Positions 33,533 to 46,607 of a stretch of DNA of 64,000 nucleotides are shown here, piece by piece. The DNA is from Camelus ferus. Lineage: Eukaryota. The DNA is taken from the NCBI RefSeq assembly GCF_009834535.1, contig NC_045698.1:1304001-1368000 (forward strand). Direction: 5' to 3'. The notes beneath the pieces were generated by a model. That model had not been told where the DNA came from, searched no databases, and saw only the letters and a program-made list of their open reading frames with translations. A program made the position numbers and the translations under genes. The first letter of the stretch is position 1, and each line of letters begins with the position of its first letter.

Positions 33533-34649
33533 GTCTATTTATTTGTTTATCTATATTTATTTATTTATTAGTAATTTTTTATGGATGTAGCATTGACTCA
33601 CAATGTTGTGTTAGTTTCTGGTGTAGACATAGTGATTCATTTGCACACTCATATGTATTCCTGTTCAGATTCTTTTTCATTCTGGGTTATTACAAGCTAT
33701 TAAATGCAGTTCCTGGGGCTGCACAGTAGGACCTTGTTGTTTATCTATTTTATGTACAGTAGTTTATAGCTGCTAATCCCAGACTCCTAATTTATCCCTC
33801 CCCGCCTTTGTGCCTTTGGTAACCATAAATTTGTTTTCTATGTCTGTGAATCTGTTTCTGTTTTGTAAATACGTTCACTTGTCTTTGTTTTTTAGATTCC
33901 ACGTATGAGTGATATCACACGGTATTTTTCTTTCTCTCTCTGGTTTACTTCACTCACAATGACCATCTCCAGGTCCATCCATGTTGCAGCAAATGGCATT
34001 ATTTTTACTTTTTTTATGGCTGAGTAGTATTCTATTGTATAAATATACCGCAGCTTCTTTATCCAGTCATCTGTCGATGGACATTTAGGTTGTTTCCATG
34101 TCTTGGCTATTGTAAATAGTTCTTCTATGAACACTGGAGTGCAGGTGTCTTTTTGAATTAGAGTTTTCTCTGGATTCATGCCCAAGAGTGGAATTCCTGT
34201 GTCATAGGGTAAGTCTATTTTTAGTTTTTTGAGGAGTCTCCACACTGTTTTCCATAATGGCTGCACCAAACTACAGTCCCACCAGTAGGGTAGGAGGGTT
34301 CCCTTTTCTCCACAGCCTCTCCAGCATTTGTCATTTGTGGACTTGTGAATGATGGCCATTCTGACTGGTGTGAGGTGATACCTCGTCATTTTGATTTGCA
34401 CTTCTCTGATAATTAGCGATACTGAGCATCTTTTCATGTGCCTATTGGCCATCTGGATGTCTTCTTTGGAGAAATGTCTATTTAGGTCTTTTGCCCATCT
34501 TTTGATTGGGTTGTTTGTTATTGAGTTGTGTGAGCTGTTTGTATATTTTGGAAACTGAGCCCTTGTCAGTCACATCATTTACAAATATCTTCTCCCAGTC
34601 TTAAGTTGTCCTTTTGTTTTATTTATGGTTTCTTTGCTGTGAAAAAGAT
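33533..34649 (-). mobile_element. 5'-truncated LINE-1 with uninterrupted ORF2 C-terminus (33892-34452), 3'UTR, decayed A-tail and 14-bp TSD
   Basis: 186-aa [13 protein letters not shown]...[12 protein letters not shown]...[12 protein letters not shown]...[24 protein letters not shown]...[11 protein letters not shown]...FAATWMDLE...RGI* is the L1 ORF2p C-terminal region. TSD GACTCTAGTTTTCT at 33519-33532 and 34650-34663; tail decayed to (TTTA)n. Confidence 0.98.
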
Positions 34650-37600
34650 GACTCTAGTTTTCTTACTTCCTTTATGCTCTTGGAGAAATGACAGAGGCCC
34701 TCCTTCCTCAGTTAATAAGGTCTGGACTCAGTGGTGCCAGCTTGGAGAGGGCACCTGAGAATGGCTCTCTCGTTCATTCACTGAGTGCGAGGGGCCTCGC
34801 TGCCCTGTGGCCCTGGTGGGGGCGGCCCCACCGGCAGAGGGGCTCCGAGCAGGGCAGCTGAGCACACAGGTGGCGATGAAGACCAGGGCCGAGGGGCCTC
34901 GCTCTGGCCGCCCCAGCGCTGCTCCTGCATCCATGCAGGTCTGACTCAGAGCTGGCGGATCCCAGACACTGGAAGGGGCACCCAGGACCAGCCTTGGTTT
35001 CTTTAGAAGAGAATTCAGAGGATGGCAGAGATGTAGCAGAACTTGAGTTGTAACCATGTGTCTCCGCAGCGAAGGGGGATGTGTTAGGGTCGCCCTGCTG
35101 GGAGGCGGGCATGTGGTTCCAGACCCCGCTTCCAAGATAGATGCGCCTCTTTCAAGTCCCTGACATTCCCGGCCACGTCCTCCCGAGATGCTCAGGGACC
35201 CTGACAGCAGGGGCTCTGCTCTGAGAAGGACACAGGCGGATGGACGGAGCTGGAGCTTTGGTGTTGATCAGGCGTTGGGCCCAGCGGGGACTCGACAGGG
35301 GAGGCGTACAGAGGGGGCAGGACGCTGCACACCCCCCAACCCCCGCCCCGAGCTCAGGTCCAGATTCAAGCACTGGAGCCACTTCTGTCTGTCAGGAGGA
35401 GAAGACAGGAAACTCTGGAAGTGTCAGACCGACTTGGCTGAAGTCTGTCTTCCGGGTGGTCGGGCACTGTGGGGAGCGGAAACGCACACCTGCCTTCATG
35501 CCGACCTCGGTCACTCCTGCCTCTGCCCCGGGGGGCTGGAAGCATGGGGCCAGGTCTCCTCCTCTCCCGAAGGAGCCCTGGCCGCTCTCTGAGACGGAGG
35601 AGACGTGGGTGTCAGGCCCACCAGCAAGCAGCCCCGGAAACCTCTGTCTGTCTGTTTCACCCTGGTCTGCCTGGCTCCCAGCTGCCTGCTTGCCGGGACA
35701 CCGATCAGAAAACCCGCAGCTGAAACAGAAGGCCAGGACCCGTCGGAGGTCCACTAAGGATGCTCCAAGACCCACCTCCACGTTCCCAGTGCCCTTGAGC
35801 GTCCTTCCCCTGTGTTCCCGGGTGAGATTCCTTTTTCGTTAATTCCATGTCTGTTTCCTTCTCGTTCTTTTCGGGTTGAACACTAGGAAGCAAAGACCAG
35901 ATTTCAGGTGCCGACCCCACTGACCCTGAGAGCCGGAAGGGGTCTCTGGGCCCCTTGGGCCTGCTACATGTGGAGGGGGGCCTTTCCCGCCCTGGTGAGC
36001 GCCCCCAGGACACCCCCAGGCCCAGAAGGCCCTGTGCCCTCCGACCACACCTCCCAGTTCTCCCAGCCCCCTGTCTCCAGCAGGGATTGTCGTGGAGCTT
36101 TGGGATCTTCAGATAGAGAAGAGTCTGGAATCTGGTTAAGACGTTTTGTTATAAACGATGTATAGAGACTTGAAAGTTACTGGGACTTTTACAGATTTCC
36201 TCTGTGATTTAAAACTTCTTCCCTGGCAGATTTTTTTGTTGCCATTTTTAATAGACTTAGAGCCCCTTTTATCTTTCTGACATCTTTGTGACTACAGTTG
36301 CACACAAGTCTGAGAAATTTTGCTTTACTTTAAACCAGCATTTTCTAGCCAGTTTGTTTAGAAATGATCAGTTATTGATTTCAACTCAAAACAAATAGCT
36401 CGTGTATAACACTCGTGTCTGGGAGGGCAGGGCTCCGTCAGGCGTCCAGGGGGCTCCAGTGCCTCTCCCGTTTTTCTGATAAAGCATCCCTGGAGGAGGG
36501 TGGCCCTGCCCTCTCACTGGCCCGCTGGACAGGGACCCACTGGGTAGAGCCCAGGCTGCTGGGAGGGGCTGCCCGGCTCTGGGTCCGCACACACTCAGGT
36601 TGCAGCCAGGTTGCACAGAGTGTGTCCTTGTTCATTAGGCTGACACACTAAATAAATTGACCTCCATTTTTTTTGATGCATTTTGAAGAAACCCAATCTC
36701 CGTCAATAGAATGCTGGAAATAGAATTTTTTTCTATCTGTTCCATGATTTTATTTTCAAATGTCTCAAATTTGAAAGGTCCAGGGAATCCGGGTTTAGTA
36801 GATGGGAGAAAGATGGGAACCCACAGACCAGCTGCTTTATCAAGCAAATGTGATGTGCTCAGAGATGCACCACCACCACGACAAGATTTTCACAGCTGGG
36901 AAACGTGGAAGCTTACGTGCAATCCCTTTCAAAGGCGTTATGATTTTAGGTCCTACTTAATGTGGTTTTACATTACAACTCATTGCAAGACCAATAGTGA
37001 GTATTCGAGCTCATCTGTAATCCGGGGTTATTGAAACATCCCCTTTCTTCCACTGTCGTGGAAAAGCGAGAGCTGGCTCAATTGTTTTATGAGAAAAGGA
37101 AGGAGGAAGAGGAAAAATGCAACGTGGCATCAGAAGTGGTCAAAGCAGGCCCGGAGGGGCAGAGGCCAGCAGGGCCGGGGAGCCGTGGTTAAGCACAGGG
37201 GCATCCAGACAGGGGCTGCTACAAGTAACCCTAAAATATAAAGGGAGAAATATAGGTTCTTAAAAAAAAACACACACACAGCGTGTTTGTGCTAGAGGGT
37301 GAGAATGAACAGGAGCCTCTAAAATTAGGCTAATAAACCATTTGATTAAAAAGTGTGCTGGGTAAGCTTTACATGATGAGAATGATGAGGTCGGTAAAAA
37401 ATGTTCTTGAATTAGCTGAGTTAGTATTCTTTTTTTTCCCCCAAAATTGTTCAACAGGAAAAAACTAAAAGCAAGTGTCTGAGCAATTATGAAGGGGCAC
37501 AGATGTCATGGACGTGGCTGTGGGGGACCGGAGACGCCCTGGAAACAGGCGTCCTCAGGTGAGCTGCTTCCGGGGCCCGCCCCGGGCCCCAGGTGTTCCC

Positions 37601-40600
37601 AGCACTTCCTCAGGAACCCAGGGTCAAACTGGCACAGAGCTCGCTGATGAAAACGTTGCCATGTGCGACCCACGAAGGAGAGGATGCCTGGATGCTCAGT
37701 GTGCTCTGGGGAGGGAGGGGGAGGGGCTCCCAGTGGGGACAGACCCACAGCCCTGGATGTGACTGTGTCACCACGTCACAGTGTGAGGCAGCCCAGACGG
37801 AAGACGGCACGGGGTCAGATTGTTCAAAAGCATTCTTGATTTGGAGAAGAGACTTCGTTTGTCCGGGGCCCAGTGTGGCTGTGACCGTCTGTCCTTTTGC
37901 ACAAACTCAGTTTACTGAGGACCGTGGCTGTTTGTACCTCGCTCGGATCCAAATCTGGCAGCTGTGCAGAGTGGGTGACAAGGCCACCCCCAGGGGAGGG
38001 GGTAGAAAGCGGGGCGGGACTGGGCACGGGCTGGTTTGAGCCTCCCCTCCTCCAGCCCAGGGGGCAGGTGCCCCACACTGCCTCCCTGGCAGGGATTCCA
38101 CGGGCAGCTGGGTCAACAGCACCCCCGCGCCTGTCTGCAGTCCCTGCCGGAGAGAGTCTCAAAAGCACTGTCCAGGGTCCCTCTGCCGATCCAGAGGCCG
38201 CCCAGGGCGCCCCGAGCCCCAGAGAAAAGGAACAGGACGGGGGCTCCGCCCTCCTGCAGTTTCCCGTCCAGCCTGGGCCCCTGGGAGCAGAGGCCCCAGC
38301 GCAGGGAGGAGGCACACAGAGGAGGGAGCTCGGCAGGGCAGGAGCCCCGGCTTGGGAAGAGCCTCAGGGAGCAGGAACCTGGGCTGGTGTTTCTCTGGGG
38401 CGCTTGCTCCAAGCGCCGGGGGACACGGCTGTGAAGGGCCACAGGGAGTCCCAGGGGGCAGGTGGCCCGAGGGGGTGAGGGAGAGGGTGGGAGACCTGGA
38501 AGATGCAGCCAGAGAGGCGAGGACATGTCTGGGGGCACCTGAGGGACCCGGGCTTCTGACATGGAGTGACCCTGGCCACCAAGAGGTCTGGAGCCTTGAC
38601 ACACCAGGAGGATGGAGGATGGGCTGAGGGGCCAGGGCGGAGCAGCGGGGCCGGGGGCCTTGTGCCTGAACCCAGATGCAAGAGGATGGAGCCATGGGGA
38701 GTGTTGGCAGTGGGGAGGGTGGGCCATGCTGAGTTTCCATCCCTGTTTGATGTTTTGAACTGTGGGAGGTGGTCCCGAGGTTTAATCGTGACCACGGAGC
38801 ACCAGTCACCAGAACCCCGGCTGTGGGCTGTGCGTGGGCCCCAGGGGACGCTAGGTCTCTGCCCAGTGGGACCAGGACTTTGTCAGAAGGGGCTTCCCCA
38901 GTTCAAGACACAAGTTGCCTCTGATAGAAAAAAGAGAGATGAACACGAAAAGAGTGTATAAATCACCTTAAAATCAAACTGCCTTCCAACACATTGCCTG
39001 CTCTTCCCAGACAGAAAAGCGAGGCCAGCAGGAGGGACCCCCGTGTCAGCCCGGTCGCCCGCTCTGAGCTGAGCCTGGGGCCAGCCGCACACCCACTCCA
39101 GGACCTGCCCTCTCGGGGAGAGCAGACCCCGCAGTGTGTCTCTGGGGGGGTGGGGGCGCAGGGGCTGGGGTGGGAGGAACCTGCACAGGGCCGAGGGCAG
39201 GTCCCCATCACCCAGATGTGGGAGGCCTGTCCGGGTGCGCCCCGTGGTCTCCCTCATCCGTGTGGCGTCCCAGAACGCCACAGCTGCCCCAAGGACGAGG
39301 CCACTTGGCGGCAGGCACACTCACGCAGCCCAAATGGGAATTTAACAACGTCTCGGGGTGAAGGCGTGTTGTCCCTTTTCTAAGCGTGTCACATGATCTC
39401 CCTGTGTGACATCGCCAACCCCCATCCCGGCTTTGTGGGCCTCTACGCATGAATAATTTTCCCAGTGCTTATTTCTGGCGGAGCTGGAGAAAGCGTGCGT
39501 CGCGGGCACACCAGCCCTTGTCGCCTCTCGGCATTCCGCCGGCCTGAGCCGCTTACAGCAGTGTAAACACCCCCGTGGCATGTGTTATAATATATGAGGC
39601 ATCGTCCCTCTGAAGAACACACGAAAGAAAGGACATTGTTCTGCGAGGGAGCGATTCATTGGGTTTTTCCCAGAGACTCTTGGGTCAAGTTTTTATAGGC
39701 CTATTTGATTTTCAAATTCTTTCTACCCTTTTTCCTCCCAGCAAGCATAGTGTCCAAAACTGCCTACACTCACTTCCCATGTTTTGTGGACGGTCGATGT
39801 CCTTTAAAAAGAGTATCTCAAATAAGTCTTTATTCTTGTTTTGTTGGCTCTTATTCTGTGTTTTCATGAACTCTGGCCCCAGCCATGGCAACTGCAAGAA
39901 AAATGTTAGCAGTGATTGACAGGACCAGAAAGCGGGTCCCCATCCGCATTTCAAACACTCGGGGACAATGGCGTTTGGTGTGATTGAATTAATGAGATAC
40001 CGCGGGCTGTCAAAAGAGCACACATACTTTACATAAACCTGATTATCTTTGCATGGCAGAGATGGAAAAAAAACAGAGGAGGGGGCCGAGTTTGGCTTCG
40101 GCTTTGCCTCCAGAGGAGCCGGCCGGCCAGCCCGGCTCACGAGGGGCCGCCTCCCCGCCCGCCCACTCAGCCCGCATCAGCCACGGTCTTTAACAAGTCT
40201 ATTCAGGGAGCCGGCGCCCAAACAGGGCTCTTCTCACAGCTCAGCACCTCGGCGGGGTGCTTCATTTTCTCTGGGAGCCATTGTTCCACGTGAACCCAGC
40301 ACACATTTCAGCCATCAGACCGGCGCGGGCGGCCACTGCCCCATCCCAGCCCCAGAGGTGACAGCCGGCGTGAGGGCTGCACGTCTGCAGGGACCCGTCC
40401 GGCTGGTGCCACCTTGGCCCCCGGGGAGGGGTGGGTGGCAGGAGCCTGTCCTCTTCTGTTTGGAATCCACCTCAGTTCCTGGGAGCTCGGGCTGAAGCTT
40501 CGCAGTTTTAGGGGGGAATCGAGGATGAGCGGCTGAAGTGTCTGTGTCCCTCCCAGAGAGCGGGGTGTTGTCCCTGCCTGGTGACGGCCCCTGGAGACAG

Positions 40601-43600
40601 GGCGCCCACGTAAAGGCGAGTGGGCCGGGGCTCCCAGGCAGGGCGGGGAGGGAGCGGGGACACCACTGCCATTGTGCCCCCATCACACTCTGGCCTCTAG
40701 GTCGCCCAGCAGCCCGCTGGCCGTGCTCAGACCCCAAGAGCTCCATCCGATGCCTGCAGGGTTGGCGGCTCTGCACCCCATCCCCCAGCCTGCTTGCAGG
40801 GTATGGACCAGACGGCACAGCAAAGGGAGCAGTCAGTGAAGTAAAACACGCGGGTGGCCCGTGCCCACAGTGGGCACCAGGCCAGAGTGTCCAGAAGCTT
40901 TGCTCGGGTCGCTGCCAGCGTGGCTCAGAATCGGGACCAAAACCAGCAAAGAGCCACAGAAGCTGCGAGGCCCGCCCTGCTGTGACACAGGCCAGACCGG
41001 GAAGGGGCTGACTGTAGAGCCGCTTCCCCAGAGCCAGTGTGGACTTCAGCCCCACCCCCAGGCCCCGGGCGGTGGCGTCCCCGAGTCGCAAACGCTGAGC
41101 CTGGTCTCTGTTCACAAAGCAATTTCAGCGACACTTTGGCGGCCTGTGCCCGTAATCCGTCCGTGAATTCAAGCCCACGGTGGAGGGCGCGCACAGAAAC
41201 AGAGCCGGCCAGGCGCAGTCCGGGTCACGTGTCGACCCCGCCTTCCCCACGTGAGCTCTGCCTCCTGGGCCCCCACGGCCCGGCTCCCTGGAGCACAGCT
41301 TCGGGGAACCGCATCCCCTAGAATTCGCAGCAGCCTCTGTGTGTGAAACTCCGTGTCCCGCTCTGGTTCAGGGCTCGGAACGACTTCAAAATGCCTGACC
41401 AGGCGGGCACAGCACAGAGCAGGGCCCGGGGCTCCGCCAGCAGGTGTCTCTGTTTCCCACCGCTGGGCACCAGCCTGTCTCCCTGGGGCTGCCCAGGGTC
41501 ACCGGCCTGCTGGCGGGGGTGGGGAGGGAGGTCCGCTCCTGCCCTTTCTTGTCTGGAAGTGAGGACGGCGTGCGCGGGAGAGCATTTCTGGAGGAACAGC
41601 ACTTGCGCCCTTCAGAAAAACACTGGTTAGGAGATCCCAGACCCGACCCTGATTTAACCCCCCAAAGCACCCCCTCCTCCCAGGGCCGCAGGAGGCTCTG
41701 GGATTCTCCCGTTGAGTCCCAGTCAGGGCTGTCACTACAGGGCGACAGCAGCGACACTGGACACGGCCAGAGGAACGAACCGTCATTGGATTTTACAATC
41801 ACATCTTCCTCGCTGTGTCTCATAAACTTGCACCCAAAACGTACCTACAAGGGAGTTCCCGAGCGTCTGTGCCTGGCCTACTCTATTCACGGTCCTTTAA
41901 TTTTCAGTTTAAAGTTCTATTGTTCTTTTCTTAAGGGAAATTTTTTATTTTGTTGTAAATAAGAAAGTTTGATAGTGGGCACTTTAAAGCTGTTGTCAGT
42001 ATTCAAGATCTACTTTAAAATTTCAAACTCTTGCAAGATAAAACATGACTTGAATTTGCTTTCACATCTTTATGTTGTTTTGAGGAAAGCTCTCTGATAA
42101 GCTATTGCATTTTTGTAAGGCCACGAGGCACTGCTGTTAATCACACGGCAGATTCGTAAATCAGGGGTGGCACACGGGTGTGACTCATCTCTGCTGTGAT
42201 CTCTGTGGCTGAAGTTATTCAAGACACTTGCAGGTGCTTGAGCCCTGGAAACCCGCCCCACTCAGAGCAGACCCTCAAAAACTTAACACTGGTGATGTTG
42301 AAACAATGACATTTCCAAAACCAGAACAAAAATTCCCTGGAAATAAGAGCTTCGCTTCAGTTTTACCGAATGAATTCCTGTTAGGTTTTTATAAATTTAG
42401 CTCATGTTTGGGAAGCAATTTGAAGCAATCACGTTTCAACACAACAATGCTCATTCGTTATGAGCTCCTTGCTTTAAAAAGGTTTTTTGTAGCCCCTCGT
42501 TCCTGGGGAATTTTTTAGTTTTACGTTAGATGGTTTTCAAATTGAGACACAAATCATTGCCAGAGGGCACAGAGTGGTTCTGGGGAAAGAAATCTGTATT
42601 TGGAAGCGGATCCCTGAGACCCCGATTCTCCACATTGGAGCCCTGCGCTCTTTACATATGGTGGTTCTGCTCCCTCACAGCAGGCTCCCTCTTACAAGGT
42701 ACATTTTAGTTATAAAAAAAATGCTTTCAATGATCATTAGACCTTTTAAACTGACATTTCAAAGCTTTTGCAGACAAGTTTGAACTCAAGCACCTGCAAG
42801 TGTTTGAACTCCCTGGTAAAGTTCAGCAAAGGAATGGCGTGCCCGGGGCCTCTTCCTCCGGCCAGGAGGAGAAAGGTACCCTGGGGCAGCCTTTTTCCTC
42901 CTGAGTGTCCAGACCTCCCACAGCTTCCTGTTGGGTTCGACCAGGGAGGAGGCAGGAGAGCCTGGAGGCCTGGGGGGCGGCAGGGCTTGGGGTCACCATG
43001 TGTCACAGTGTCTCCAAGGTCCTGCTGCTCCAGCGAAGCTCGTGGCCTTGGAGGGGAACACGTACAGAGAGGCATCATACGGTGTGGATGGTGGATGCTG
43101 GATAAGCTCCTGGTTTACTCTTCTAGGCTGAGGGAGGTTACGTGCAAAGGTGACGAACCGCAGAACCAAGGGAGGCCAACCGGCCAACTCCCGGGGTGGA
43201 GCGCGTGTGGGGCGCCCGCAGCAGCCGGAACAGCCAGGCTTGGGTCCCTGTGTGCACGTGGCGGGTGCCCCGCGAGGCCAGCGAAGGTGTTGTCATAAGC
43301 ATTCAGCACAAGGGATGGAACTCAGTGCATCTCCCTCCTGAAACAGGTAGACCTACCACTTTCCAGGGTCCCATGGTTTTGTTTCCGGCAAAGAACAGCC
43401 ACCAATGTAAACTCACTGGTTGTTGCGGGCGGGCAGGATAAAGTGGGATCACCTTAGATGCCTGGCTGACAAGCATGTTTATACGATCTGCCCCAGGGCG
43501 CAGCCTGAAAGCCAAGGGGCGCTTTCCAAGGTCACACACGGGGTTTTCTTTTGTTTCAGACTTTCACCGAGAAGAGCGTTCTTTTTAATAACCCCAGCAG

Positions 43601-46210
43601 CACTCCGCGATTGTCATGAGAAACGATGCTCGCAGGCGGGCCGCTGCGGCCCAAAGGGACCTTGGTGAACGGCTGAAGAGAGAGGGTAACCCCCTCTGGC
43701 ACCTCCTTCAAAGCTTCATAGTTATGGCTCTAGGTCTGCTTTTGCCTTTGGGGGTTGGGGACTGGAAAGAAATTCCTCTTCAACCCGGTTTTGGGAAGAA
43801 CACTTTTGAGACGTGCACTCTGTTTCAGAGTCACCAGAAATCATGAGAACACAGTTGTCAGTAGCAGAGCCAGGGCAGGGGATCGGCCGTCGGTGGACGG
43901 AGGTTAACGTGGGGTGACGGCTGCCAGGGCCTCGCGGCCCTTCATTTCAGGGGAGCGTAAGTACTCTTCTTACCCCTGCCCCGGCCCCGTGACCCAGCTA
44001 GGAAAAGGAGGGCCACCAGCCCTCCCCGTTGCTGTGACGAGGACCCCTCCACTTTGTGAACCACCCCCACGGTCCAAGTGACAGGACCCCGGCCGACTGT
44101 GCCTGGGGCAGGGGACAAGGTGCTGGTCGTCCGTCACCCGAGTCGGAGCAAAGAGCAGGCACATCGCGTTTTCCCCGCGTGACCTTTGACGGAGCTGAGT
44201 TCTTCGCCGGGCGGCATGGAAGCTTTGACCTGTGACCTCACAGTCTCTGGGCAGTTTAAATAAAGCCTGTGTTCAATTTCAGAGTCTTTCTCATAACATC
44301 TAGAAGCTGCCTTCTCAGTCTCCATCTGTCTAATAAAACTGCAGCGGCTCGACGCTCGGCCCAGAGTGGGGAAACGGAGCCGACGGCTGGCTGAGCAGGA
44401 AAGGGTTAAGAAGCCGCCTGACCTGCAATTTCTCCATCAGCCTCAGGTCAACTCTGCTCATAAAACTCTGCACAAATATTTCTCTTTCTATCAGAGGAAT
44501 TCTAATTCTGCACACAGACCAGGGCCACTCAGATTATTACACATTATTAAAAATTAATTTAAAAAATGGTCTGGTTCTTGAGATGTGCTGTAGAGATTTG
44601 TGTCCAAGTTTGAAATTATAGCAGGAAAAAAATGGAAAGAAAAGCCGTCTGTTGTCCGTGCAAAAGACCCCCTGGAAAATGTTTCCTTCAGTTTTGACAG
44701 TCGGTCGTCGCCGTTTTGGGGGAGGCTCTCTTTACTGTAAAGACTGAGTTGCTACAAGTGACCTTAAAACGCAACAATGACAAGTGTTTCATCCATCGTC
44801 CACCCCTCTGCAGGCTTCTGAGTGAGTCAGGCTTGTGCCCTGGGTGGGGAGTCCAGGCTGGACCAGACCATGCCTTGCCCGGGACTGGGTGACGGTGTTC
44901 ACCGAGGTCGGGGTGGACACCACGTGGCAGACAGCAGAGGCGGCTCTCATGGACACTGGCTCGACATCCCCAGGGGACGGCTGTGGGCCCCGTTGATGCA
45001 GAGCACGGGTGCCAACCCTGAGACGCAGGTGGACAAAATGACAAGCAGAGGTCTCTGTCCCGTCCTCCCCTCTGGTCGTTGGGGACATGTAGGCGGTGGC
45101 TGTGTGCCCGCACCTAGTGGCTGACAGTCTCATGACCGCTCCTGTAAGGGCACAAACGGTGTGGTCCAGTCAAAGGCAAGGGGAGAGACTAAACCACCGC
45201 TGGCACAGGACACGGCCCCCCAGAGGCTGCCAGTCCCCGCGGTCGGCAGCCTCCTCTGCCCGACGCCGCACCAGGTCCTGGTGGAGGCAGGAAGCCCCCT
45301 GATGCCTGAAGCCTGCTCCAGCCGAGGGGTCTGCTGCTCCTGCTTTCCTGCAGGGAAGCGGGGGAACCCTCGGCCTGGGCCTCTGGTCGGGCCATGCGAC
45401 CCTGTCAGTTCCGGCTGCGGGTGGGTGAGGGCGTTCCCGGGGGGAGAGGATGGCCACTGGGCAGGCACGGGGCAGGGCCGGAGACCGGGCTGGGCGCACA
45501 GAGCAGACCGCCCTGCTGCTGAGATGGGGCGGCCCCGGGGAGGGGCTTTCCTCGGCTCCTGTGAGCCGGCCAGGGAGACATCCCAACCTGGGTCCCTAAA
45601 TAAAACCGTCTCATCAACAGGGTCCTAGGGCACAAAGCTTCACCCGCAGGGCCAGGGAGAAAGCAGGGCCCAGGAGCAGGTCCTCCCCCTGGTCTCCATC
45701 GCCCACCTTCTGGCCCCAACACGGGGACGGGATCCCCGTCTGGGGCCCCGTGCGCTGGAGCCAACAGCTCTCGCTGTGCCATGCTCTCCCTGGGCTGGAG
45801 TTTTCAGCCCGAGAAGAGACACCCTGAGCTTCACGAAGGAGGGTGAAGAGACTCTGAGAGGGGAGTGGGTCCGCCGTCCTGCAGAGGCTGGTGCGCCTAT
45901 CTGGTTCCGTAATTTGCAAAGAACGTGATGTGGCCCACAGCACACCTTCAGGAGGAGGGGCGGGGCAGCGCCTCCTGGAACTTCGGTGCCTTCAGGGGAA
46001 GAGTCACAGTCTCACTTTTGTCTATAACCCCACAGCCCTGAGATCATCTTCCCATGGACTCATCCTCTCAACTCAAGTGAACGGATAACTTGAGAGGAGG
46101 AGCTGGCCCTCCAGTCCACCTGCTGGAGATGCTCCCCGCACCTGCGGGGCAGGACACACCTGGACAGAGCCCCTGGGCCCATAGACTAGGCTCTTCCGGC
46201 CAGGGCCCCG

Positions 46211-46607
46211 TGGGTCAGTCTGTCTGGGTGGCGTCACAGCCACGGACAGTGCACTGCAACGGCAGATGCATGTTTCCTCGCAGTCTGGGGCTGCAGGTCG
46301 GAGGTCAAGGCATCGGCAGTAGAGGTCGGAGGTCGAGGCGCTGGTGGGCTGGGTTCTTCCGAGGCCTCTGTCCTTGGTGCACAGATGCCGTCTTTTCTCT
46401 CCGTCCTCACGTGGCCGTCCCTCCGTCCTGTGTCTTCGTCCCTTCTTATGAGGACACCAGCCATTTTGGACTTGGGTCCACCTGTATGACCTCATTTTAA
46501 CATAATTACCTCTTTAAAGACTCTGTCTCCAAAGACAGTCACACTCTGGGGTGCTGGGGGTTTGGGCTCCAACAGAAGAATTTGGGGGACACAGTTCAGC
46601 CACAAAC
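46211..46607 (-). mobile_element. MLT1B-like MaLR solo LTR with an internal ~28-bp duplication
   Basis: Antisense MLT1 motifs: TCTTATGAGGACACCAGCCATTTTGGA, ATGACCTCATTTTAACATAATTACCTCTTTAAAGACTCTGTCTCCAAA, GAATTTGGGGGACACAGTTCAGCC. Confidence 0.9.

Noticed and set aside
33892..34452. 186-aa ORF as a functional or domesticated gene
   Set aside because: It is a 5'-truncated L1 ORF2 fragment with no promoter, endonuclease or RT domain and a mutated CCHC motif; an open frame is explained by young age.
40315..41115. Longest ORF in the window (266 aa, minus)
   Set aside because: GC-driven composition, overlapped by opposite-strand ORFs, no domain or splice support.
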